Positions 34,600 through 45,408 of a stretch of 45,408 nucleotides of DNA are shown here, piece by piece (the first letter of the stretch is position 1; the number at the start of each line of letters is the position of its first letter). The notes under the pieces were generated by a model. That model was not told the origin of the DNA and did not search any database. It was given only the letters and a program-made list of their open reading frames with translations. This stretch comes from Octopus bimaculoides (Eukaryota). The translations under genes and the position numbers were made by a program. The DNA is taken from contig NC_069000.1 of NCBI RefSeq assembly GCF_001194135.2, positions 40,160,028 to 40,205,435 on the forward strand, in the 5' to 3' direction.

Positions 34600-35075
34600 A
34601 AGCTTTTGTATAACTTCAGAAACAAGAACAAACTAAAAGTCTGAAAACAAGTATGGACGTTTAGAAGAGAAGCTTTAAAAAATACTTTGGACGGGCAAAG
34701 GATTAAACAAAAACACAAAAAAAAACGAGATTATGAAACTATAATGCGTTGTGTCACAGCAACTATTTCTTACAGCCGAAAAACATGGACCTGGAGGAAA
34801 AGAATAGTTACATGCTTACAAACGCATTACGGTTTGAAATAATACACGAAGACCCATAAAACAACAACGAAATGGATCCGAAATCAAACAGTTAAATGGA
34901 CATTGTTAAATTTATAAAATCATTGAAATAGAATTGGATTGAATACGCAAAGAAGATGAATGACAACAGGTGGAGAGTACAGTTGAGAGACTAACATCCG
35001 AGATGCTGCAAAAGAGGAAAACAATGAACAAAATGGAGGAATGAATTCGATAGATTTGATAAAGATTGGATATAT
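34600..35075 (+). mobile_element. Heavily decayed 3' end of an RTE-clade LINE ORF
   Basis: Fragments TISYSRKTWTWRKR (resembles LTYGxETWTL) and IKSLK*NWIEYAKKMNDNRWRVQLRD*HPRCCKRGKQ*TKWRNEF (resembles the RTE C-terminal KWRWAGH..R..DNRW....W.PR..KR.RGRP..RW.D). Confidence 0.65.
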
Positions 35076-35082
35076 TAATGGC

Positions 35083-35350
35083 CATCGTTTTCCAAATCTT
35101 TTCACTTAACAGTTTTTGTAATTCTACCACACCCAATCCATTTTCACAAACACACACACACATTATATACACATGCACACACATACAAGCAACCTGGCTA
35201 TGGTTCCTGAATATACTGACTATAGCCCCAACGCGCAGGGCCTCCAAGAGAAATTATACAAGGTGAACCGAGCTAGATAAACCCACCACACCAGGGTTCT
35301 AACAAAATTCCAGGAAGCTATGGACCATTTTCTATGTAGGACCTTATCAG
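35083..35350 (+). repeat. First copy of a direct repeat of about 270 bp
   Basis: Highly similar to 36503-36779 (CATCGTTTTCCAAATCTTTTCACTTAACAG...CTTATCAG). Confidence 0.9.
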
Positions 35351-35928
35351 TAGGAAAGCAAAAGCTGATTTGATTGATGGATCTAGTTAAAAGTAGTTTA
35401 AAATCGCAATGAGTGAAAACAAATACGAAACTAAGGATTTACACTTTTATCTTATATTTCCTTGTGAGGAATAAAGTGTTAACTTTTGTTCTAGTCTCAA
35501 TGAATTAAGAATATCTTATATATATATATATATATATATGNNNNNNNNNNNNNNNNNNNNNNNNNNNNNNNNNNNNNNNNNNNNNNNNNNNNNNNNNNNN
35601 NNNNNNNNNNNNNNNNNNNNNNNNNNNNNNNNNNNNNNNNNNNNNNNNNNNNNNNNNNNNNNNNNNNNNNNNNNNNNNNNNNNNNNNNNNNNNNNNNNNN
35701 NNNNNNNNNNNNNNNNNNNNNNNNNNNNNNNNNNNNNNNNNNNNNNNNNNNNNNNNNNNNNNNNNNNNNNNNNNNNNNNNNNNNNNNNNNNNNNNNNNNN
35801 NNNNNNNNNNNNNNNNNNNNNNNNNNNNNNNNNNNNNNNNNNNNNNNNNNNNNNNNNNCTATAAGGGCTGGGTCTACCAATAACTTGCGAGTGAAGTATA
35901 GAAGACGAAATCAAGGCTGAAACCCGCC

Positions 35929-35967
<39 letters not shown>

Positions 35968-36072
35968 TGGGTGAGAGAGAGAGAGAACGAAAGGAGGGTA
36001 TATGGTGATACTGTACAGATATACACAGATAACGTAACATGTGTGACTGTACCACTGCTGATAGTGCATAAA

Positions 36073-36121
<49 letters not shown>

Positions 36122-36502
36122 TAGTGTATCGTGTTTTTGTTGGGGAAGGAATGGCTGCAGAGGACTGGTACTTTAATAGAACTGAAAAATATAAACTTCA
36201 TTCACGTGTGTGTGTGTGTGTGTACACACATACATAGACTTAACTTTACGGAAAAAGACATAGATAATAATAGAAAGACAAAGGATAAAAAAAAAATTTT
36301 GAAATATCCCTCATCAGCTCTATATTCCGGATTCACTGTAGTTTCGTTACAAAGCACAACATCTGGTAAGCGCCGGTGATTGTAAACAATCATTAAACGA
36401 AAAGACAAATGACTTGTCGGACTAAAGTGTTTAGTGCTGAAACTATAACGAACCTGGTTTACATGGCTGATGAGTGATATTTCTACGTTTCTTGTTTTGT
36501 CA

Positions 36503-36779
36503 TTTGTCCGTTCATCGTTTTCCAAATCTTTTCACTTAACAGTTTTTGTAATTCTACCACACCCAATCCATTTTCACAAACACACACACACATTATATAC
36601 ACACGCACACATACAAGCAACTTGGCTATGGTTCTTGAATATACTGACAATAGCCCCTACGCGTAGGGCCTCCAAGAGAAATTATACATGGTGAATAGAG
36701 CTAGATAAACCCACCACACCAAGGTTCTATCAAAAATTCAATGAAGCTATGGACAATTGTTTATGTAGGAGCTTATCAG
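36503..36779 (+). repeat. Second copy of the direct repeat of about 270 bp
   Basis: As for 35083-35350, with scattered substitutions and a small indel. Confidence 0.9.
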
Positions 36780-38172
36780 ATATTCATGGGCTCTCAGGAT
36801 CCAAGACCAATGTACTAGTTGTATCCCATCTCTTATAAATTTTGCGTACACATAGGTATTACATCCCCTAAATATATACTGTGTTGGGCATTAATATATC
36901 GAAGGGTGAGGAGGAGCAATACAACAAAAAGGAAGCAGAAAATGGTGAAAATGGCTGCGGTGGAATAAGGAGACGGAAATCTGGTGATAAGGAAATACAT
37001 CTCTAACTATACACGTATATCTATATACATACTTATATAGACACGCCTGCACATACATACACACACACACACACACACACGGTAAAGTTTGGTAGAACAA
37101 TCAGAATATGAACTTAATGCAAGGAGCATTCATTATTACAGACAGAAAATTACAAAAGTCACTCAAGGACTGATTAAAGAAATTAGAAATGCATTTGTGT
37201 GTGTGTTTGTGTTTGTGTGCGTGTGTACGTGCGTCTGTGTTTGTGAATTCACTCGTATGAGCAAGTGTGTTTATGACTATTAATGAATATATGTACACAT
37301 ACAAAGCAAAATATGAAATTAGGGAGAAACAACGAGAATAAAGGGGTGAACAGGATGGAAGAGGGGGAAGCAGTGGGAGAGAGAGGGGGGAAGGTAGTGA
37401 AAGGTTTTTTTGAGAAAGTGAAGAAAAACAGGTGGACTGAGCTTAAAACTGCATAGTTGTGGCTCAATGCCCAGCTCTGTTCTGTCTGAGCAACGGACTT
37501 ATGATCGAAAACGCTCTAACTGTGACCACATCTTAGTCTCAGACAGACAGACAGAAAAGGGAGAACGTTATCACAACTACCCCACCCCACCACCATTACT
37601 ACTGTAGCCACCACCACAGAAAACTATCGCCATAACCAGACACACACCACAGCCACATCCAGCATAATTAAAAGAGAGACAGTGTGTGTGTCTATACATG
37701 GTCACTAGACCAGCCAGAAATCACAGCCTAAAACATTTGATAATGCAAGCCCAGACCAACCCTCGAAAGGTGCGTTAGCCTAGGACCTAGATCTAGACTC
37801 TGGGTCTATGTTTGGACTGATTGTTTTTTTTTTTATCATAGTCTCGTCTGCTGAATCAAGGGTTGACCCAGGGCTACAGGATAATCATCTACTAAAAAAA
37901 CTAATTTATCAAAGAAAGCGTGAGAAAAAGTTTTGTGACATTGATAATGATTAGGCAGCAAGCAGCGATGATGATGATGATGGTGGTGGGGGTGGGGGGG
38001 GGGTCGTCGTAGTCGTCATAATAATTATTGTTTACGTTATCGTCTTCATCAACGCCAGCCTCATTCATTAAAAGGAATAAGTTTTTAATGAGAGACAGGC
38101 AGGCAGGCAGGCATAAACAGCTCGCGCGCGCATGCGTATGTGTGTGCATATGTACATATGTGTGTGTGTGTG

Positions 38173-38212
<40 letters not shown>

Positions 38213-38875
38213 GAGAGAGGGGGGGAAGAAGACAGATAGACAGACTGACAAAATATACTGACACACAAATATGTACAGAGGCAGGCAGGCACAGCAGACA
38301 GACGGACAGGCAAACGGACAGACAGACCGACAGACATGGACATGCAGAGAGACAGACAAATAGACAAGCAGAGAGACAGATTGACAGACAGGTAAATAGA
38401 GAGGACAATTGTATCCACCAAGACGGGACAAGCCAACGCAACCCACGACATTGTCGTCCGACCCGCGAGGAGGAAATACAAAAGAAAACAAAAAAAACGG
38501 TTCGAATCTCACTGAAAATGAATCCCAGCGCTAGGAAATAAAAGAAGTTTAACAACTTGGTCCCACAGAACCCTGAGAACCAACTGGGCACACAATGGTT
38601 GGAATACCTTCGGTCATAGGTCTATTAGGAGAGTTTCCCTGGGGCTGAACAATAACAACTCAATCACACACACACACACACATCATATCCTATATAAATA
38701 TACACATACATACAAGCACAGAAACGTACACACTTCAATACACAAATATATATGTGCGTGTGCGTGCGTGTGTGTAAAGCACATTGCCCACGTACAGTCA
38801 CACACACCCACAAACCCCTTAGGAATATAAACAGACACACATATATATTACGAATCGCGTGCGTGCGTGCGTGCG

Positions 38876-38907
<32 letters not shown>

Positions 38908-39020
38908 CATGTGCACGCACGCGCACGTGTAGCACAGTTTTTCTTTCCAACAAGCTAAATCGAGACAAGACTACGCGCGAGATTAACTTATTTAAATAAA
39001 CCGTTCTCATACTTTATTAG

Positions 39021-39073
<53 letters not shown>

Positions 39074-39077
39074 TGTA

Positions 39078-39230
39078 TTCCGCCAAGGTGGACTTAGCCT
39101 TTCGTCCTTTCGAAGTCGATTAAAAAAAAGGTGCCAGTTTCGCGTTAGGATCGATATAATCGGCTTAATCCCTTTATCTGTCCTTGTTTGTCCCCTCTAT
39201 GTTTAGCCCCTTGTGGGCAATAAAGAAATA
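39078..39230 (+). mobile_element. SINE family C, 5'-truncated, tail type 1
   Basis: TTCCGCCAAGGTGGACTTAGCCTTTCGTCCTTTCG...GCCCCTTGTGGGCAATAAAGAAATA. Confidence 0.78.
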
Positions 39231-40226
39231 CATGTGTGTGTGTATATATACATACACACATACAGAATACAGACACACTCATATACAGACTCAGACACAA
39301 GAATTATAGAATTTTATGAACGATGAGTATAAAAGCGCACATTTTTAACATAGACACAGGTTTGGATCTAAGAAATGATATAGTACTCAGAGCATATAAT
39401 AAAAGAATATTCATGGGAAATTGGTGAATCTATCATTGGCAGTTCCACCGAGTTTTATCACTCGGTAAGTTTTTTTTCTTCCGTCGTCAACAATTGGAAG
39501 GAACCACATCGTTGGCGACGAGTGAGAGATTTAAGAACTTTCTAAAACTATACTTTATAGCATGGATTGAATACAATATCGTTTCTCAGGCTAAAATGTG
39601 TGTAGTATGTACGTGTATTTTTGTGCACGTTTATGTATATAAAAATACACACACACACACACATACACAAATGCAGTTACTATATTTACACACACACACA
39701 TGTACTACATGTAATTTGTATGTATACACATGCTATATACGCGAAACAAAGCATATTCTGTCGGTGTAACGATTAAAGATTTATGATATTATTCACTCTT
39801 AATATTGAATAACGAGTTCAAAAAAGAGTTTGATATCTAGTTTTATTTTATTGACAGTGACTTGGAAGTTCTTATTTAGATTTAATAATATATTTCTGTA
39901 GAACTTCCAAGTGCTACGGCTTAAAATATATTTTTTTAATTTGTCGCACCATGAAGTGTGTGTGTGTGTGTGTATACACACAAGCACATGTAAATATATC
40001 TGTACGTATTGCTTCATCCTATTTTCTCGTATTAAAATTTGTCCATAGATAGACAGACAGATAGATAGATAGAAAGATTATAGATAAAAAGGTGATAGAT
40101 AGATACATAGACAGACAGACAGACAGACAGATATGCAGGATCCAATTATAGGCGATCCTTCGTTACTATATTTATAGATATATTTATACATGCACATTTG
40201 TGTGTGTGTGTGTGTGTGTATATATA

Positions 40227-40292
<66 letters not shown>

Positions 40293-40445
40293 TACACAAA
40301 TACACACCCTTTCCTCACACTGACATATAAATATATACAGACATGCAGGAGATCCCTAGATAAAAACATCTGTTGGGTGTTCCACCTCTGCTTCAAGAAA
40401 AAGGCTTATTTATTCTAAAAATAGCAGCAAAACGTGTCATCTTAC

Positions 40446-40553
40446 CCCGTCTGGCAAACTTTCTGAGTCGGCTTGTGTGAGTTGTGTAAGCTCCAACAAA
40501 ACATCCAGGCTAGTCTCTCTGCTGTTTGAATTAGACCCATTGGGCTCTTCCAT
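40446..40553 (-). CDS. Candidate first coding exon of the CAS gene (36 aa, MEEPNGSNSNSRETSLDVLLELTQLTQADSESLPDG)
   Basis: ATG in aaatcATGG context, a stop-free 108-nt frame in non-repetitive sequence, and a strong donor GGG|GTAAGA exactly in phase 0, which matches the phase-0 acceptor at 3796. No homology or transcript evidence. Confidence 0.5.
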
Positions 40554-41066
40554 GATTTAAAAGAAAGGTGCGTGTGTGTGTGTGTGAGGGACAGAGTTGG
40601 GATAGGTAAAAGGAAAATTATAATAATAATAATTATTATTATAACAATGAACAGCACCACAGCCCTGTGAGGGAGGGAACTTGGGGGTGTCGGCGAAGTG
40701 GTTACAAGGTGAGGTGAAAGAAATCTACGAGTAACCAAATTTGTGTGGGTGTATGTATGTATATGCGATTATATACACATATATATTATATTGTTTGTAT
40801 AGGATTTCTGTGTGTGTGTGTGCGTATGTATGTATATATGTATAAATATCTTCAAGAAAAACGTGTGTNNNNNNNNNNNNNNNNNNNNNNNNNNNNNNNN
40901 NNNNNNNNNNNNNNNNNNNNNNNNNNNNNNNNNNNNNNNNNNNNNNNNNNNNNNNNNNNNNNNNNNNNNNNNNNNNNNNNNNNNNNNNNNNNNNNNNNNN
41001 NNNNNNNNNNNNNNNNNNNNNNNNNNNNNNNNNNNNNNNNNNNNNNNNNNNNNNNNNNNNNNATAA

Positions 41067-41105
<39 letters not shown>

Positions 41106-41686
41106 TATATCAAATAAATATGTTTATCTCTCCTTGCTAGGTAATATTTAATCCAATACAGTAGTTTTCCGTGGCTCCTCCGCTGACAAATGACACAATT
41201 GCTGAGATAATGTTGATGGAGGTATTGTTGTTGTTGGTGGTGGTGGTGGTGGCGGAGGTGGTCTTCTTCCCGCTGAGTAACTCAAGAAACATTTATCATT
41301 TACAATAAATATCTGTCTGTCTATGTTTATGTTTACGACTTAACAAACAACATCTATCGAACGATCGATCGATCAAGTCAGTCGCTCGATTGATTGATGT
41401 GAACCAGCCCGAAACCGCGATGGGGGAAAGGCATCAGCATCACATCTTCCCGTCTCTACCACCGTTATCAACGCGCAAAGCCATGTCCGTATGACTGGGA
41501 ATCCTCATATTAACTATGATACATGTGTCGGTATACATCTATATGTGTTGTACGTCTGAGCAAAGCGCGCGTGTAGGTGCGTGTATGCGTGAGTGCCAGA
41601 CGTTGTTCTAGTTCTGTACCCTATTTTCCTTCTACCAGGCACCCGGCGGCTGAGATTTAAAACGGGTAACATTAATACAAATAACA

Positions 41687-41784
<98 letters not shown>

Positions 41785-42109
41785 ATGACAACTACATTAT
41801 AGTTCTTATCACTTTCCACTCTCTCCTCTTCTAATTAATTATTATTAAACTTTTAAAACTTTTCTATCTGTCTATGTATGCATCAGACCTATATGTCCTC
41901 GTCGTGGTCGTTATTGTTGTTGTTGTTGAAGCGATGGAGAACCGAGCGTAAAAGTAATAAGGTGCCGTCCTCCACCAACACAAAACTTCTGATCTCTCAA
42001 TTCCTTACAACATCGTCACCGCCGCCGCCGACGCCGCCGCACGTACAGTTTCACACACATCCACATACATACACACAAGGAAAGGGTGGGAGAAGAAACG
42101 GAGTTGCGG

Positions 42110-42620
42110 GAAGAGAAAGGTGCACTGAAAGAGGGTAGAGATAAAGATAGAGAGAATAAAGGAGTTGGAGTAGAGTAAGAGGATCTAAAAGTAAAAGAAA
42201 GGAGAAAGACTAAAAAGACGAGGGAGTAAGAACAGACAAAATACAGGTTTGCGAGAGAGGGAAAGCAAATGGTGGGAGTTAGAGGGATAAGAGGCGAAAG
42301 GAAGTGAAAAATATGTCTAGGGAAATAAGGAGGGGAACGTAAGGAGGTATTAGAGAGGGTGAAAGAGAGGTAGAGAGAAAGAGAGAGAGATAGGTTACGG
42401 GAATAGAAGTAAAGGGAGGGAGAAGGAGAAAGAAAGACGGGATCGGAGTAAAATGTTAAAGCAGTGGTGGAGGGGAAGGAAGAAAAAGAAGAAACAGGAG
42501 TGAGGGGGAGGAAAGTTGTGCTGCTGCTGCTGTTTGTTATGGTTTAACGTGATAGTGACGGTAGCGGGAGGAGTAGGCAGAGGAAGGGGAGAGCGGTAGA
42601 GAGGAAAAGATAAGGAAAAA
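42110..42620 (+). repeat. Purine-rich (GA) low-complexity tract of about 500 bp
   Basis: Strongly A/G-biased on the plus strand. Confidence 0.85.
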
Positions 42621-42711
42621 AGATAATAAAGTTGAGTTTGTGTACGATGTAGTGCAACGTTGGATAGGAGCAGGTTTGATGTTGTACCGCATGCACGTAT
42701 CTATGTGTGAG

Positions 42712-42752
<41 letters not shown>

Positions 42753-42804
42753 ACAGATCTTTCTGTGAACAAAGTTTGTGTACTTTGAATATAAGCGGGA
42801 ATGC

Positions 42805-42843
<39 letters not shown>

Positions 42844-44097
42844 AGAGAGACAACGGTGAATGGTGTGCTAGAGGTAAATGCGTGTGTGTAATTGCTAAGT
42901 CTTTTTACACTGTAGTTCGAGATTGTTGGCGGTACATCATCAGTGGTGGTGGTGGTGTGCAGGGGGGGAGGAAGTGAAGTGAGTAGGACAGCTAACCTCA
43001 CCCTGTTGTCTCGGTAGCGTGTTATGTATGTGTCGGGCTGGTGGTGTGTGTTTACGTTTTTACATTCACAAGAAGCGAGCGCTAACAGATGAGATAATCA
43101 GCACAATACAGACCTACACACACACACACACACCATCACCGAATCTCTCTCACTCACTTTGTCTTCACACACATGCACACAAAACCGCTAACACCACCAC
43201 CACCACCACCTCAGGAGCAATAATCACTCACTAAAACACTTCTGCGAATCATAGGTGACTTAAGAAAATTTCGACAGCTTTGCGTGATGCAGTCAAGCGC
43301 CTAAATCAGTTAAAACATTTAACCCCACCCGTCTCTCTCTCTCTCTCTCTCTCTCCTTTCATGTTGAATTCAAATCCAGAGAAGGTTGTTCAGAAGCTTT
43401 CACACTATCACATACTATTCCCTACAGGTACAGTCGAACACGAATAGGGGCTGGGAGTCACCTTGTAAAATTCCTGAGACAGGATCCAGTAAGAGAAATG
43501 TCAAGCGGATGTGACCCCTGAGNNNNNNNNNNNNNNNNNNNNNNNNNNNNNNNNNNNNNNNNNNNNNNNNNNNNNNNNNNNNNNNNNNNNNNNNNNNNNN
43601 NNNNNNNNNNNNNNNNNNNATATATATATTAAACAGAGGGAGCGTCTAAGCAGTTGTTCCCACTGCTAAAAATAGCACCCAAAACTCTCTTAAACGGCAT
43701 TTAACTGTCTTAATTAAACAAGCCGAATACACTGAACAATATTGTGCCTAGTTTTAGAAAATACGGGATGGGGTTGATCACAGATAAAATGTTCTGAATC
43801 ATAAAGTCGGTTAACAAGCAGTTTACCGTTGTGAAATATTGAAAGTAAACTATCCTAAAACAGAAGTAAATTGCGATAGAAACCGAAAGTTATGTCAGTG
43901 ACATACTAAAATTTCATAAAAGGAACAGTTAATTCTTTCATTATGTCTTGTACTCGGGCACCAACTTGTAGAGTAAATTCTAGTGGTGCAGTATTTCAAA
44001 AATAGCAGCTAAGATACACCGTTCCATCGTATTTTTAGACTAGCAACGAACAATATTAAGAAGGCATGTTAGTGGCTTCTGTGTTGACGCATGATAA

Positions 44098-44212
44098 CTT
44101 TTCTACTCTATAGGCACGTAGCCTGAAATGTTGGAGGAGGGGGCCAGTCGATTAGATCGACCCCAGTAGGCAACTGGTACTTAATTTATCGACCCCGAGA
44201 GGATGAAAGGCT
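44098..44212 (-). mobile_element. SINE family C, 3' half, tail type 2
   Basis: TTCTACTCTATAGGCAC..GCCTGAAATG...GGTACTTAATTTATCGACCCCGAGAGGATGAAAGGC. Confidence 0.78.
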
Positions 44213-44243
44213 TTCAACTACATTATGGCTGCGATATAACAGT

Positions 44244-44869
44244 TTACACAATGTAACCGTCCTCAGCTTCCACCATAATCTCAAGACGGCTCTGGAACCT
44301 GGCGCATTCTTTCCTCACTGTGGCCCTGAGAAGATCTTCAAGCACCTCTTTGATCTCGGCCACCAGAACAGCCTTCGTGTTGCAGGCAGAGCGGTTGCTG
44401 TCTCTCTCAACCGTGCCCTAAACATAGTAATCAATGGGATTACAATTGGGATAATTAGAAAGCCAGTTATTGGGGCTGGTGAAGTCATAGAAATTTTCCG
44501 ACAACCGCTTTGCACTCTTTCTAAAGGTATGGCAAGGAGCCGAACACTGATGCCACACACATGGCTCGCCAACAACAATTCCCTCCAGCCGGAGATTGAG
44601 CACAGTCCTCAGGAGTTTCACAGAGTCGTCTAAATTGAGCCCAAGGCTCAGGTCAAAGATTTGGAGCAGCATGATGTCACCCTCAATGGAAACACACCCA
44701 ATAACCATTAGGGTTTGGGGGAACTTGCTTTTCTTGATATCCATGTTACGTCCAAAGTGTTCGCAAATCATTGAGCAGCAGTCATGATGTTGGCATTTTG
44801 ATACCTGGCGCTTATCATCATGATACAGGTAACTCTTTTCCAATATTCAGATGGCTTCCAGTCTTCCAT
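44244..44869 (-). mobile_element. Internally deleted, decayed Tc1/mariner transposase of the maT (DD37D) type
   Basis: An N-terminal MEDWKPSEYWKRVTCIMMISARYQNANIMTAAQ is joined to KSKFPQTLMVIGCVSIEGD...WHQ[C]SAPCH...W..NYPNCNPIDYYV*G...RFQSRLEIMVEAEDGYIV*. There are 37 residues between the decayed second D position and the final D. Confidence 0.85.
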
Positions 44870-45134
44870 ACCAGCTAACTTTTTACCGGCTACAACTTCA
44901 TTTTTTTTCTTCTCAGGAACAGCTTGATAAATTAGTGAACAGTCAACAGCGTTTAAGAGCATAAAGATTGGAGACATGCAAACTCCTGAAATTTAACCCC
45001 AAAACTCCGTGTTCTTTATTATCCTAACTCACTAAGACCGCGGTTTTCAAGCTAAGAAAATATATACCTCTCTCCACCAGAGGAAATATCAGTAGAAGAA
45101 AATTTCCCCCACCACCCTTAACTGTGTGTGTGTT

Positions 45135-45408
45135 GGCACTCCGTCGGTTACGACGTCGAGGGTTCCAGTTGATCCGATCAACGGAACAGGCTGCTCGTGA
45201 AATTAACGTGCAAGTGGCTGAGCACTCCACAGACACGTGTACCCTTAACGTAGTTCTCGGGGATATTCAGCGTGACACAGTGTGACAAGGCTGACCCTTT
45301 GAATTACAGGCACAACAGAAACAGGAAGTGAGAGAAAGTTGTGGTGGAAGAGTACAGCAGGGTTCGCCACCATCCCCTGCCGGAGCCTCGTGGAGCTTTA
45401 GGTGTTTT
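45135..45408 (-). mobile_element. SINE family A, 3' part (cut by the window end)
   Basis: Near-identical to 7841-8115. Confidence 0.85.

Noticed and set aside
36435-36490. GAAAC...GTT...CTGATGAG in type II hammerhead order
   Set aside because: Stems I and II cannot be formed.

Overview
Eukaryotic, AT-rich, microsatellite-dense draft genomic DNA with 11 N-gaps. The SINE families and the repeat load suggest an octopus or other coleoid cephalopod; this is inference from recall, not a database hit. One host coding exon is secure: a minus-strand, phase-0/phase-0 exon (3506-3796) encoding the N-terminal SH3 domain of a CAS-family adaptor (p130Cas/BCAR1-like). Most of the window above 3.8 kb is probably the 5' intron region of that gene. 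It holds several candidate alternative first exons whose GT donors are in phase 0, the best being 40446-40553. The rest is transposon-derived: at least six tRNA-headed or RTE-tailed SINE families with swapped modules, an R4/Dong-type RLE LINE 3' end next to (AAT)n, an RTE LINE 3' relic, a decayed Tc1-like transposase (D35E spacing), an internally deleted maT/DD37D transposase and several MITE-like elements. There is no CRISPR, rRNA or prokaryotic system, and I found no clearly new biological system. The best leads are the alternative N-terminal exons, two intronic RNA hairpins (2263-2319 and 20764-20880) and the mosaic SINE architecture. Repeat boundaries were read by eye (about +/-10-20 bp). 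Family letters A-G are my own labels.
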